This document shows positions 1-18,328 of a stretch of 64,000 nt of DNA, in pieces. Position 1 is the first letter of the stretch; every line of letters begins with the position of its first letter. The translations under genes were made by a program, and so were the position numbers. Below the pieces are notes generated by a model that worked only from the letters and a program-made list of their open reading frames with translations, was not told the DNA's origin and did no database searches. The DNA is from the human T2T-CHM13v2.0 reference genome, Homo sapiens: the NCBI RefSeq assembly GCF_009914755.1, contig NC_060926.1; one strand, written 5' to 3'.

Positions 1-7
1 GCATTTC

Positions 8-85
8 TGGAATGTCCTTCTTCCCCAGTTCTGCTGTTCTTTCTCCCTAGCGTGAAGGCAGGGAAATAAAGAGGCCTATTTATAG
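8..85. promoter_or_regulatory. Candidate MEF2 + TEAD (M-CAT) element; the MEF2 site also reads as TATAAA on the minus strand
   Basis: CTATTTATAG (perfect YTAWWWWTAR) at 76-85 and TGGAATG (CATTCCA on minus) at 8-14, in non-repetitive sequence. Confidence 0.35.
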
Positions 86-499
86 TGGGCTGGGCCAAGG
101 CAAGCTCATCTCAAAGCTGAGTATTTATGACTGTTAGTGTCTCAGAGACAACCTGTGAATGGCCTGGCGTCTCTCCAACGGTGTGGTGTGGACTTGGCAC
201 CACTTCGCACGGCACTGGAGCTGGGTGCTGCCTTCCAGCTGGGCGTGTGAAGGGCCCGTGCAAAGCCTCTGCCTCCCCTACCCCGGCTCTCAGGGCCCTG
301 AGGAGCTTACGGGCTGGAAATGGCCACTTCCTGAAGAACGGTAACCAGCCCCTGTGTAGGCAACAACTCACGCGCGCCCACGGAAACTCAGAGGCGTGGC
401 TGTTACTATCCATATTTTAAAACGCAGTGATGGCTCCAATGCATTTGTTCTGTGTAAGGTAACGGGCTATTCTAGACAAGCTTTGGGGTATCTGCCTCT

Positions 500-880
500 C
501 CAACTTATGCCCTTTACTTTGTGAACGAATCCCACCCACAGCCATGATCACTCAGTGTGACTTCGTTACCCTGGCCTTGGTTAATTGGACCAGCGATGGG
601 CCGGTGACCCAGGCTAAGCCAATAACATATTCTCTCCGAAAGTTTTGCTTCCAGATTCCCTTCTTAGCCTCTGTTGGGCCCTTGACTGGGGAGCCCAGTG
701 AGGCCAGGCCTGGGCAGCTGAGCTTGTCATCTCAAACAGAAGCAAAGGAAGCTTCTCTGCAGAGCAGTCAATGAAACTGTCACACAATGACCCCAGAAGT
801 CCTGACAGATGGTTCTGCCAGCTTCCCTGTTCCAGTCACTCTCGAAGCCTTTGGTTCCCGGAGATTCTACTGCTCTATCT
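500..880 (+). mobile_element. Old MaLR LTR fragment (MLT1K/L-like)
   Basis: Motif aattggaccagcgatgggccggtgacccaggctaagccaat typical of old MLT1 LTRs; boundaries approximate. Confidence 0.45.
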
Positions 881-1924
881 TTTTGAAACAGAATGTTCTA
901 TTAGGGTTTAAATTTATGTAACACAATAGCCTATTGGAAGATTTTTAAAAAAAAAAAACTTACTGGAAAAATCTACCAGCTGCTATCTGGAGACACAAAG
1001 ACAGAAGGTCCCTAGAGGGCAGATCCTGAGTAGCCTCACTTAGACGGGGAGGCAGGGGCAAGCCCCGACATGGCAAAGCCAGCCCCTCCGTATGTCCCAG
1101 CCAAAACCAGCGTTGGAGAAGGGCAGTGGGGCCGCTGATGGCTATCGTGTGTGAGAGCCAGGGCCGGAGCCAGCTATGGTGCTTCCCTCATGACTTAGAA
1201 AGCAGCTCCTGTGAGCATCCAGGTACTTCTGGGCAGTTGGATTTTCCAGGTTAAGGCAGTGAGACTGGGCTCTCCCATTCCTTCCAGCCTCCCCACCCAT
1301 ACTGCCTGTCACATGGGGCTTTCTGGACTTAGAAGGGGAATCCACTGGCTTCATAAAGTAAATATTGCCATCTGAGACCTGGCTTCAAACTCTGAAGTAG
1401 AACACCCCAGTTACACTTCCAGTAACTTTCCCTTTCTTGCTTAAACTACTTTGGGTGAGACTTTGTTCTTGTGATGGAAAGAGCTTCGTTGAAGTGACAA
1501 ATGCTGGGGGATGCTGAGTCCACATCCCGGTCTGTCTGACTCCAAATCTGAGTGACTCTGAGTCCAGAGGTCATTCGACTTCACATCAAGGCCTCTCTGA
1601 TGCCGCCTCGCATCCCCTGAGAGCTTAGCAGACCTGGAGGCTCTCGTCAGAATTCCCCAACAAAATCTGTGTTTTAACAAGTTCCCTGGTACCCCTGGGG
1701 GGGCACTGATCTGATTCACCCACCAGCCTCCCAAGGCCCTGTAGTGCTGAGCTGTGGACCTCACTAGGACGCTCTCCTTGTCCCTGCCACTAGCTCCAGT
1801 GGGATCTCAGGCCAAGACCTCTCCTACCCTTGGCTCCCATTAACTTCTTTATAAAACAAAAGGCCCTCCCTGGTCCTGAGCTGAGGTGGCATCAGCTGTT
1901 CCCTTCAAAAAAGTGGCCCAGAGA

Positions 1925-2117
1925 AGCGGGGAGTAGAGAGTGACTGCTAATAGGTACAGGATTTCTTTTTAGAGTAATAAAAATATTTTAGAATTAGACA
2001 ATGGTGATGGTTATCCAACTCTGTGACTGCACTAAAAACCATTGACTTGTACAACTTAAAAGGGGGACATTTTATAGTATGTGAACTATAGCTTAATAAA
2101 GCTGTTATTAAAAAACA
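1925..2117 (+). mobile_element. L1M (L1MB/ME-like) 3' end
   Basis: gagtgactgctaataggtacaggatttctttt...cttaataaagctgttattaaaaaa, the typical old L1 3' terminus. Confidence 0.8.
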
Positions 2118-2510
2118 ATGGTACAGTACTTGAGAAAGAGAAACAATAAACCTTGGTAAAAAATAGGTTCAGTTTTATCTCAAAGCCCTATGGCTTCTCT
2201 ACAGGAAGCCTTTGCTTTTGTTCTGTATCTCATGGTTTCTCTTCACAAGGCCGTTATGAAGCTCAGATGGCGCAATGGCTCAGAAGAGATTTGCAAAGGA
2301 ATAAGCGAGAGATCAGAGCAGGGAACGCAGGTCAACAGCAGCCCCTCCTCCCTGTCTGCCTTCCCCTGAACCTCCGTGCAACCAGAGCCTCTGGGGAGAG
2401 GCAGGTACATCTTGTGTTTCTTTTCAGTGCAACTGTAGCTGGCCGGATGCCACAGGACATTTACTTTAAAAGAATATTAAAAAAATTTTTTTAGAAAAAT
2501 GAAGGTCTCG

Positions 2511-2798
<288 letters not shown>

Positions 2799-2911
2799 TT
2801 AAAAAATTTGTCTCTAAGAAAAAATGTTTTTAAAAAACATTTTTCTAATGAAGGTCTAGTCATCAAGACCCAAGACCCCACTGTCTGGCAGGTCATCTTG
2901 GGGAATTCCTA

Positions 2912-3266
<355 letters not shown>

Positions 3267-4666
3267 AGAATTATTAGAGAAAGAACATTTAAGGAAGTGA
3301 GAAAATGTGGTAAGGTATGAAACCTTGGCCTGTTGAAAGCCAAAATCACCTTCTGATTAGGAGGGGCCTGGCCTCCAACCTCCCTGGAGAACGGTTTGTT
3401 CCCCTCCTTTGCAGCCAGGTTGCAAACATTTATGACCCATTTAATCATGCTCAGTGTTTGGAGCCACACAGAGAGGGCTTCTGCAGGCTCGGACGTCATC
3501 TCGGGGCGAAGGGTGGTGTTTGATGTGTCACGCGATGAAATGCTCCCCACTCCACTCATGGTTATTATTTTTTTGCCTTTAAGCAGACAGAGTCCATCAG
3601 AGATTAGAACTCTGCCAGAGTTTCTGGGTTGAGTGATGAAGCACAAATGTTTCCCTTTCCAACGCTCTCGGAACTGTCAGCCTTATTTCTATGGCTGTCA
3701 TTCTCTTATTCACAAAAACGAAACCGGGCTAAGCTGCCCTTCCTCCCTGGGCTTTTTCCAGCCTGAAGTCTCTGAAATAGCCATGTTTGTTGTAGCAGCA
3801 AGTGGGAATGTTGTCTGCTGTGATAAATGGCCCGTCCCTTCCCCTAAAATAGCCACTGGACTTCCTGGGAACTTTCCTCTCAGTCCTCTGATGAGGGAGG
3901 GTCTCGGTGGGCCTGTGGGGACTCAGCAGGGGCTACCTGGTTCAGGCTGGCTCCTTCTCCTTAAAAGCAGAACGAGGGCCCATTCGAGTCAGAATGAGCC
4001 CCTGCAGAGCTTCTTAACCGTATACAACCCCGGGCAAGCTATTTTGCCTCTCTGAGCCTCGTTTTCTCACCACATTTGGGCCAAGGAGAAGACTAAATGA
4101 GATACTATATGAAAGGTGCTGGGCCCAGATCAGACCCTTAATAAACAAGAATTCAGGCAGGCAGCGGTGAGGTTCTTGCCTGCTCCCTTTCACCCATAGA
4201 TGCCTCCTGTCACTGCCTAGTGGCTGAGCTCTGGGAAGGGAGGCAGGGGACCCACCTCACTCCCTGCCCTGTGCGTACAGCCTAAGCCAGGCTCACTGAG
4301 TCCCTCACCACCTCCTTTGTTCAGTAAACATTGACTGGGCATCTGCTGTGCCCCAGAGCCTGCAGGAGGCCATGGGGACAAGGACAAGTCAGACATGGCT
4401 CTGGCCCTCAGTACAGAGATCTCTACAGGATGCAAGGGACCCTAATTGATCTGTTGTACAGTGGGAGTTCGAAATGCCATGGGCAGGAGAGAGAGAAGCC
4501 TGGCATTGACTGGAAGCTTCCAGAAAGGTTGCTTCTCTTACTGAGGCTGGGCCACACCCTGGGCTGTTGGGAGCCCCCCACCATGCCTTGTTTTGTTCAG
4601 CTCTGGCATACGGTAACCATGTATTACCAGCAGGAATTAAAGGAGCTTTAGGAAATCAGTGATCAT

Positions 4667-4906
4667 TGAGACAGGGTCTTGCTCTGTCACCCACGCTGGA
4701 GTGCAGTGGCGTCATCATGGCTACACGTCATCATGGCTACATCATGGCATCACTGCAGCCTAGACCTTCTGGGTTCAAGCAATTCTCCCACCTCAGCCTC
4801 CCGAGACGCTGGAACTACAGTCATGCATCACCACACTTGGCTAATTTTTTATTTTTTGTAGAGACAGAATCTCACTATGTTGCCCAGACTGGTCTCGAAC
4901 TCCTGG
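4667..4906 (-). mobile_element. Partial AluJ containing a 16-bp internal tandem duplication
   Basis: Antisense Alu; cgtcatcatggctaca repeated at 4710-4725 and 4726-4741. Confidence 0.85.
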
Positions 4907-5735
4907 GGAGCCCAGCAGTTCTAAAAGCTGATTACCATAAAGGCATCTTGAGTTTGGGTCTGAATTCCCTGGCAGCTAAAACAAAGGGAGGAACATATTG
5001 AGTTACATAGTTTTCTTTTTCTGACAAAAGAATGCATACAAATTGACTTGAAGAGCCGGGCATTTTCCTGGAATGAAGTGCCTGCCAAAACATGCTGAGG
5101 GTAAAAGAGACACTGGGTTGTGGAATGGACCGAGGCTTCCACCACAGTATTGCAAAAGACCCACAGACGCTGCTCAAACAGACGATGCTTGTAGGACATT
5201 CCCAAAAAGGCAGAGGCCACCAGGAACATCATAACTCAGGGAAGGCACTTCTACCTTTGATGTCCCTGTTCTCTTAGGACAAGTACAAGAAGAACCCAAT
5301 GAAAATATGGCTTCACCTACATCCCCAAACCACAGCAGAGCCCTCAGAGTGGCTTCACTGCAAGGATCCAGCATCTCCATTCATGGTCTGTGGATGGTTG
5401 ACATTTGAAGAAAACACCCAACCACATATGCATATGTGTATCCATGTACACATTATATGTATGTGTGTGTATACACATGCAGTTTTTTATGATTGTAAAA
5501 CTAGTGCTAGTGTTCTTTGCAGAAAATTTTGAAATATAGAAAAACATGAAAAAAGTATATGCCAGTAACAGCAATTCAGAAAGATAACCTCAATTAGACC
5601 TTGCTATATTTATCTGTAGTCATTTATCTACATGTGAGATATATATACATATATCTCTGAATGTGACCCTAGGGTCATTGGGTCATTCTCTGCGCCTTTT
5701 TTTAATCTCAAACTTTTTCATTTAACAAGATTTTA

Positions 5736-6047
5736 CATATATATATATACGTATATATACATATATATACATATATTTAGGCAGGGTCATGCTGTGTCAC
5801 CCAAGCTGGAGTGCAGTGGTGCAATCATGGCTCTCAGCAAACATGACCTCTCGGGCTCAACTCATCCTCCCATCTCAGCCTCTTGAGTAGCTGGGACTAT
5901 AGATGGGCACCATCATGCCTGGCTAATTTTTTAAAAAAAGTTTTGTAGTGATGGAGTTTTGCCACATTGCCCAGGCTCAAGTGATCCTTCCACTTTAGCA
6001 GTCCAAAATGCTGGGATTACAGGCATGGGCCACCATGCTGGGCTAAG
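5736..6047 (-). mobile_element. AluJ with (TA)n-converted tail
   Basis: Antisense Alu body ~5778-6047 preceded by a TA/CA-rich microsatellite. Confidence 0.85.
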
Positions 6048-6214
6048 GTGGGGCATTCTAAAATTCAAGAGGAAAGACTTTATTGAAAGTATTTTTGTTG
6101 CAATGATTAGAAAAATCATATTTTTAAAACATTAAGCTAAATTATAAAAACTAAACTGTTATGAATGAACTGAGAGTTAAAACAAACAGTACATTAAAAA
6201 ATTCATTGTGTGTT

Positions 6215-7410
<1,196 letters not shown>

Positions 7411-7411
7411 T

Positions 7412-7848
7412 TGTATTCATTTCCTATTGCTGCTGTAATAAATTACTACAAACTAAGTTAAAACCCTGCAAATGTATTCCCTTATTGTCTGCAGGTGAGA
7501 AGTCCAAAATCATTCTCAAGGGGTTGAAATCGAGGGGAGAACTGTTCCCTTGCCTTTTCTAACTTCTAGAAGTCACCTGCATTCTCCAGCCTGTGGCCCT
7601 TTCCACACATCACTCTAATCTCTTGCTTCTGTTGTCACATCTTCTGCTACATCTCTGCCTCCTTCTTATAAGAACTCTCATGATGCACTTGGAGGACCAC
7701 CTAAATAATCCAGTCTAGTCTTCCCATTGCAGGATTCTCAGTTTAACCACATCTGCAAAGTACCTTTTTCCATGTAAGGTAAAACAGTCACAGGTTCTGG
7801 GCATCTGGATGTGGACATCTTTGGGGGGTCATTATTCTGACTACCACG
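7412..7848 (-). mobile_element. MLT1 (MaLR) solo LTR
   Basis: tgtattcatttcctattgctgctgtaataaattactac...ggacatctttggggggtcattattctgactaccac. Confidence 0.85.
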
Positions 7849-8125
7849 TCTAGTATACAAAGCTAACAAAAAATAAATTTTTTTCAAATCAAACTACTAC
7901 TAAGGTACCAAATCAAAGTGTCAATTTGAAAAGATAATAGTAACACCCAGTGCTGGTCAGAAGAGTGAATTACTAGCCTCTTGGAGAGCATTAGACAACA
8001 CCTATGAAAGGCCTTAAAAAGGCCTATTCCTTTCGACCCACTAATTCCACTTCCAGGACTTTGGCATCATCAGACACTGGGGAAGGGTGCAGCCATTAAA
8101 AACCATACTTAAAAGATACTTAATG

Positions 8126-8530
<405 letters not shown>

Positions 8531-8743
8531 TCAGAACATTAGTTCTATATAACTTCTACAGTAAAATGTTCCATACATATATTTGGGGAATATTGCACCC
8601 TTACCCTTCTTTCAGAAATGTATGATAATATTAGAATATTAAAGCCTCCAACAAGTCCTAGAAGAAGAAAAACATAACTACTTAACCCGATATTTCCCAA
8701 ACTTATTTGACTACAGCTCTCTTTCTTTATGGAATACTTACTA

Positions 8744-9699
<956 letters not shown>

Positions 9700-10348
9700 T
9701 GATGTTCTTTCAAAACCATCAGGAACATGAGCTTTTATTTGAATGAACAGAAAAAAGAAACTGATTGCTATTCTTTGAAAAGAGGACTCTGTTGTATACA
9801 TACCATAGCCCCCTGTTAACTACTCATTAAAAGTCTTTGAGATTTCTGCAGTAAAACAAGGTGATTACATCTTTGATAATCTAATGCTTCCTAAAATTAT
9901 TTGATCAGGTAAGCTTTTCTTTGGTATAGAATATATATTTAAAAATCTCACACTCTTAGTGTTCCATGAAACACTCTTTGAGAAACATTGAATTAATTCA
10001 TTTTTCAAATTTTCCAGTTATAGAAACTAAAGCCAGAGGAGAGAAGTGACAATCCCAAGGTCACCCAGTAAGTTATAGTTAGAGCCCCTCTACGCCAGGC
10101 TGCCTCGAAAGGAGAGGTCACTCAGACAGCAGTCACACTTACCTGTAACTGTGGGTTTATAATAAAAAATGGCAAGAATAACATAAATGTCCAGATATTC
10201 ACCACTCAGCTTACAAACTACAGTTTTGCAAATATAGTCCAAGTCTTCTAAGTACCCCTCTCTGGTCCCATCTCACTTCCTTATAGAGGTAACCACTGTT
10301 TTAAGCTGGTGTTTATCTTTTCTATGCATGTCTTTCTACATATACCAC

Positions 10349-10699
10349 TGTGTTGATTTGCTAGGGATGCCTTAGCAAAGTACCATAAACTGTGGGGCCT
10401 AAGCAACAGAAAGTAGTTCTCTCATAGCTCTGGAGGCTGAAGTCCAAGACCAAGGTGTGAGCAGGCTGGTTCCTTTCCCTCTGTCTCCACATGGCCGGCC
10501 CTCTGTATGTGTCTCTCCTAATGGCTTCTTCTTCTAAGGATGCCAGTCCGATGGAATCTGGGCCCACCTTAATGACCTCATTTTAATTTAACAACCTCTT
10601 TGAAGGCCCTGTCTCCACATACAGTCACATTCTGAGAGTGCTGGGTTAGGGCTTCAACATATGAATTTTGGGGGGCACATTTATTTTGGCCTGTAACAA
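10349..10699 (-). mobile_element. MLT1 (MaLR) solo LTR
   Basis: ctagggatgccttagcaaagtaccataaactg...ggcttcaacatatgaattttggggggc. Confidence 0.85.
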
Positions 10700-10988
10700 C
10701 CTCCTACATGCTCTTTCTCCTACAGATAATTTTTTGGGAGATAATCAACAATGCTGCAATGAATATTCTCACACAAGGTTCGGTGTCACATTTGCTAACT
10801 AGAGCTGAGTGTATGTGCCTGGGAGTGAAATTGCTGGGTTATTCGGGTTGTTTATTGACTAGACCATCCTTTTCTCATTGATCCATAATGTTATATGTCA
10901 AGTTGCCAAAGACACATGGGAAATGTCTGGGCTTACCAGCCTGTGGGTCTGTTTGTCCCTCTGGACTAATTCACAAAGGAGAGCCCTC

Positions 10989-11383
10989 TGTTAGGGACTG
11001 AATTGTGTCCCTCCAGCTCCCAAATTCATGCTCTGAAGTCCTGATCCCCAGGACCTCAGAATGTGACCTAATTTGGAAATAAGGTTGTTTCAGATGTGAT
11101 AAGTGGAGATGAGGTCATCTTGGAGTCGGGTGGGTGCCTCATCCAATATGCCTGGTGTCCTTACAGAAGGGGGAAATTTGGACACAGACATACACAGAAG
11201 GACACCGTGTGAAGATGAAGATGGCCACCTGTGAGCCAAGGAAAGAGCCCTGGAATGAAGCAACGCTGCCTACACCTTGCCTTCAGATTTCTAGCCTCCG
11301 GAGCTGTAGGGAAATAAATTCCTGCTGTTTAAGCCCTTCAGTTTGTGGTGCCTCGATACGGCAGCCCTGGGGAAATGGATACA
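10989..11383 (+). mobile_element. MLT1B-like solo LTR
   Basis: TG...CA termini, aataaattcctgctgtttaagcc; flanks ccctc/gcctc (4/5 TSD). Confidence 0.9.
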
Positions 11384-11888
11384 GCCTCCATTCCACTTTC
11401 CCACTTCCGACCCTTCTTCCCCATCTCTCTTCACTGCTTGCAAAGCCAGAAATAGCACAGGATGGTGAGTCAGGACTGGCACTGCTCAAGAGCACTGCCA
11501 GCCACACCCCGGCCGCCTACCCCCACGATTAAGAGAAAGCACAGGGCAGTGCCATGGACTGGGACTCCGACCCCCACTCAACCAGCCACAATGGCCTGTG
11601 TGTCTTTAACAAGTTACCAGCCCTCTCTGGGCTTTAGTTTCCTTGGCTGTAAAATCAGGCTGCTGCTTGGGATTTTCAACTGTTCTGTTTATAACATAGC
11701 ATTTTTAGGTCACCAGAAATAAAAATATTCTGCTTGCCTCCCACTTTCAGCAAACTTGGGTGGCAAAGATGACTTCAATTCTTCTAATTATCAGAGCCAC
11801 AAATGGCTCTGTCTCATCCTCAAGATGAGTTTGGTTTTTATGTTTTAATCTGAGCTCTGCCCATTTTGCAGATAGTTATCTGTGAGGC

Positions 11889-11892
<4 letters not shown>

Positions 11893-11937
<45 letters not shown>
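11893..11937. repeat. (TG)~22 microsatellite
   Basis: Direct reading. Confidence 0.98.
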
Positions 11938-11938
<1 letters not shown>

Positions 11939-12339
11939 GGATTGCTTGTAGTAGCTGCTTACTTGATTTCACAAGGATGCTGTCTGACCAGGGTCTCTCA
12001 GAATGACTGAGTCCAGGTGGACCTTGGCCAGATTTGAACCAGCACCCAAGATAAAGTATTTAATTCTTCTCTATCTCTAGACCAAGGGTGATGGAAATCA
12101 TCAGACACCAAGCAGCTCATGCGTTCCAGAGGTTTCAGGACTGAACGTTGGTTCTGTGGTTCCCCGTTTGGCATCTGGCTTTCATTAGGCCATAAAAAAC
12201 AGTTTACGGCCCTTCTGGTTGGAACAATAACTTTCACAGTATCCGTAGTGGCTGAGTGGTTATCAGAGGAAGAAAGACCACTAGCAGTCTGCGTCCTTGC
12301 TGTCTGTCATGGGCGGTGCCAGCCTACGTGTTAACCTAT

Positions 12340-12808
<469 letters not shown>

Positions 12809-13025
12809 TAAAAAAATCTTACCTAGACAATTTTGGTGAGAGTTTTACTTGTTAAAATTTTATTTGAGCTCCTATGCCTCTATAGACTAGATGCCTGGCA
12901 CACAGTGGGGAGTAAAATACTTCTGTGTTTGAACTGTTCCACTATCTACTCTGGACAGGAACTGTGTTTATCAAGTGTTTGGCAAAGGGATAGTGTATAT
13001 GGGCGCTTTGTACATATAGGTTCAA

Positions 13026-13362
13026 TGTTAAAAGTAAACATGGGCACATTAGGATTTTAACAAGTTTATTTGAACATTAAGCTCAGCAATTCATGTATCA
13101 GGCAGCACCCGACTGCTAGCTGTTCAGGATTCCGTCGAGGCCACGCAAGGGGAAAACCTTTATAAGGTGTTTGCACAACGAAGACAAATAAAATATTTGA
13201 TTAGTTAAAGTGAAAAGCCTGTAGTTAGAGATTCGCTGGCAGTTTGCGATTGGTTAAGCATAAGTTTCATTTTACTCTTTTCACTGAGTTGGGCTTTTCT
13301 TTGCTTAGGAACCTGAGGTGTTGGAGCTCTCTCAGCCTAATAGCCTCCCCACTAATTCTAAT
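13026..13362 (-). mobile_element. ERV1 solo LTR, MER93-like
   Basis: Minus strand reads gggaggctattaggctgag...cttaaccaatc...ccttataaagg...caaataaacttgttaaaat...ttttaaca, matching recalled MER93 consensus. Confidence 0.7.
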
Positions 13363-13467
13363 AAAAAGAGGACAAGCAGCTGCAGCCAGTACAGCAGCCT
13401 GCACCAGGATCTGGCTTCCTGTAGTTTCCTCCGAGTGGTTTCTGTTCTGCCTTCTGCAGGGGGTACC

Positions 13468-13830
13468 TTAGGTGGACACTGTGATGTGTCACCCAGACGC
13501 CCCTTCGCCAAAAAACTTGCTTCCCTGGCTCGTGGGAATGCTGTCTACAGACAAAGCTGTCAGCCCCTTCAGGATTTGCCTCAGCTGCAGAGAGCTGGTT
13601 GGCCCAAGGTCATGCCCTTTTGGGGTGGCCCACATCCAATGGGGAAGGTATAAGGGCTTGGTCAGCTGGGCTCACCAGCTGTGAGGGCCATTCTAGCTTC
13701 TGGGCTTTCTGTGGTCAGCGAGTCTGTCATTGGGCCTCACCTTCTCCTTTTGCCCAATCCTGCTTCCTTCCTCCCTCTTTTCCAGGGCAGGTGCAGATGG
13801 CACTCCTTAACAAACATCCTGCCTATAAAC
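13468..13830 (+). mobile_element. ERVL solo LTR, LTR16C/D-like
   Basis: ggtggacactgtgatgtgtcacccaga...gcccaaggtcatgccc...gcccaatcctgcttcct. Confidence 0.7.
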
Positions 13831-16036
13831 GACCTGTACCAGCTCCTCCCTCCCACTCCTTCCTCGAGACAGTCCTTCAGAGGCAGGAAAGGTGGCCCTG
13901 CACCCCTGAGCCTCCTCCCTCTGAGCCCCATGACCTTTGGCCTGGTGCTGACTTCTTGATGGGCCGCCATCTTGGGCACTTTCCTGAGTGCTTCTGAATC
14001 CCCATCCTGGAGGGTGGTGGGGATGGATGGCTGGTTTTCTGGGGCAATCCCCAAACCCTGGGCTTTTCTCATTGATTATGGTGACTATCACAGACAGCTT
14101 CCAGCATAGAGGGAAGCATTGCTTGCTGCTTCCACAGGAACTAATTTAGTCAGAAACCCTAACCGCGGCAGGCAGTACATGGGTGCATTTCATATTTTGC
14201 TTTCCAGATCTTTCCTGCACCCGGAGGGCATTGAGCTTATCAGGCAACAGTGAAAACCAGTAACTGCTTAAATGCGGTTGCTGAGGCTTCGAAAAGTGGT
14301 GTCAGTCTGCCTTTGCAGAGGTCCCTCTGCTGAGGAGGATCTGCTATGAGAAAAGGTCATGATAATCCCTTTGCTCAGCATGTGAGAGTTTCTTTATTAT
14401 TATTTAAACGAAAGCCTGAGGAGTAGAACCTTGGTTAATCAAATTCTTTCAACGTATCGCAGCACAGCCCTGCCCTTCATAGGCCATCTCCCTTCTCTTG
14501 GTGGCAAATAGTAGAAATAAACTTGACCTAGTTTAACGACAATAACAAAATCCAGAAGGAAGAATGTATTTTAAGGTATTTCACCAAACCCAAGGTCAGA
14601 AATGCTCCCAGGACCCAGAAAGGATCAGACACATGATCTGGGATATCTGTCCCTGAATTCTGCATCTGTGTATTCGTTCGTGCGTGTGTGTGCACTTGTG
14701 TGAATGTATGTGCGCATGCGTGTGTGTCTTTCCCTGGATCAAGTGCCTGGATCAAGTGGCCAATGGCCAATTCTGCATTCCAAGCTTTATATATAAACAT
14801 TTTAACCACATCAAGATACTAACTAAACTCTCTCTTGGACTCAATCCCAAATTCCTAGGAGATACAAGTTCATTGGCGGGTTTTGGTCACATATTAACTT
14901 TCCATGCTGTTAGGCAGGGGCACCAGGGAGGACCATGCAATCCAAACCTGCAGCCAGGGACCCACCCCTGTGGCTGTGACCAATGGCCCCAAGATGGGCA
15001 CTCCCAGACAGCCCTGCAGATTTGAGCCAGGCAGCTTGCTTTGCTGTCTGGCCTAGAGAGTGATGATTCAGCTGAAGACTAAAATAATTACCTGCGTGTG
15101 AGGCAAGCAAGAGCCTGCACTGACGTCAGCAACACATTCCTGAGCTCACCTTGTCACAGAACCCTGTGCAGCCCGATTCCGCCACGGGGCATCCACCCCA
15201 ATGGGGGACTAACGAGAACGGTGATGAGCTCGTCTGTGTTTAATAAGAAAGGCTACCACGTGTTGAATGACTTCTAACGTACCAGGTGTTATACATACAG
15301 CACCTCTCAGCTTCGCAAGGAATCTGTCAAGAGATAGCATTACGTGCCCCTCTTACAGATCAGGAAAACTGATGCTCAAAGAGGTTAATGAAGTCATCCA
15401 AACTCACATTTTAGAATGAAGTGGGTGGAATTTAGAATTTGATTATAAATCAGGTTAGTTCTAAAGCTGGTAAGTCTTCCGAGAATGATGATGTGTCACC
15501 TTCTAAATAACGACTAGATCACACAAGTGAAACTTTAATAATGTGTAAATTGTATGATTGAGGAATGCTGGGAGAGGTTACATGATGCAAAAACCACTCA
15601 CTGAAACGTGAAGCCCTCTGTCAGTCACCGGCAGCCCAGCCTTCAGTGGAGACTAATTCCCAGTAATCACGGAATGGGGAGACTTCACTGAATTTGCTCA
15701 GTCTTCCCTTTTTGTGCTTCTTAATTGCTTTGAGAATCATCTAGATGCTTGTGTGGCCTTGGTCCAGGCCTATGGTGCAAACCAAGTGACATGGGGCAGG
15801 AGTAGGGGCTGATACTCTGCTTTCAGGGTCTCTGATCGAGGTGAGGAAAGCAGGCCCAGCTGGTGGCCAAGTGTATACCATTCGAGGGGGGGTGTAGGTG
15901 TGTGGTGAAAAGAGCACTGAACTCTGGGTCCACATGCCTGACTTCTCACTCCAGCACCAGCTCTTGACGATGGTGGGACTCAGGCTGACCCACTTACCAA
16001 CCCTGACCTCCAGCTTCCTCATCTCCAAGATGGCCT

Positions 16037-16389
<353 letters not shown>

Positions 16390-17196
16390 TGACACGGGTT
16401 ATTAGTCTGTAATAGCAATAGTTACCATGTAATCATCATGGTTCAAATTGACTCCCACTCACCACAAGCTAAGCACTTCACATTTCCTTTCCTCATAACC
16501 CTAACGAGTTGATCCTATGATTAGCCCCATTTTACAGATGAGGCAACAGAGCCTGAAGGGTGAAATAACATGCCCCAGACCGAGTGTGCCTGGACCCACA
16601 GTCCGAACAGAGCACTGCCTCACTGGCCCTGAGAGTGTCTGTCATCTGGAAGGTTTTGCTATTATTGTCATGCATGGTCCTAATCCAGGCAGCCCAGGAT
16701 GTGAGCTAGGCAGGGTAACTGGTGTGGGGAACAGATCCCTGGAGCCCTGCCGCCTCTACCTTCCCGGTATCACCAAGGAAACCACAGCGCCTTTGTTGTT
16801 GCCATGGCAACCATCTAAACTCTCTCTTTCCCTTGGTTTCACCATGGAGACAGCCAACGGGAAAGAAGTTCCTGAGTGGGAGGCAGTACAGCAGGGAGAG
16901 GTGAGAACGCGCCTCCAGGAACCAGGACTGGAAATTCCCACTCTGCTGAGGAATGCAGAGGCATTCCTGGAGCTGCACAGAAGTACATTGTCGAAGCCGG
17001 GATGTCCCTGGGGAAACATAGGTTGAAAGAATTGTTTTCTGAATTTATTTCTAGAGGTTGCCTTTCCTGTAGTCAGCCATTGTCCAAACCAAAGGAAATT
17101 CCCAAATTTTCATATCTCACAGATGCTGAAATTCTACTCGGCCAGGTCTTTTCCCTGTCTAATTTTGCTTCCAACTTGCTGGATGACATTGGGTAA

Positions 17197-17670
<474 letters not shown>

Positions 17671-17845
17671 TGAAAACTGCATTTAATCTACAGAGGCAGG
17701 GCGATGTGACAGTTAAGAGCGGGCACAAGGAAATCAGACCTGCCGAGTTCAGGTCCCAACTCTGTGACATGCTGCTGTGTGACTTGTACCAGTTTGATCT
17801 CCCCTAGCCTTAGTTTATTCAGAAGAAAAAGTGGGTTAATAATTA

Positions 17846-18328
<483 letters not shown>

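Noticed and set aside
10137-10185. Minus-strand acag/GTAAGT, resembling a recursive splice site or microexon
   Set aside because: Weak pyrimidine tract, lies next to degraded repeats, and no evidence for a host transcript
16517-17196. 169-aa ORF cluster
   Set aside because: Starts inside a MIR; no recognisable homology
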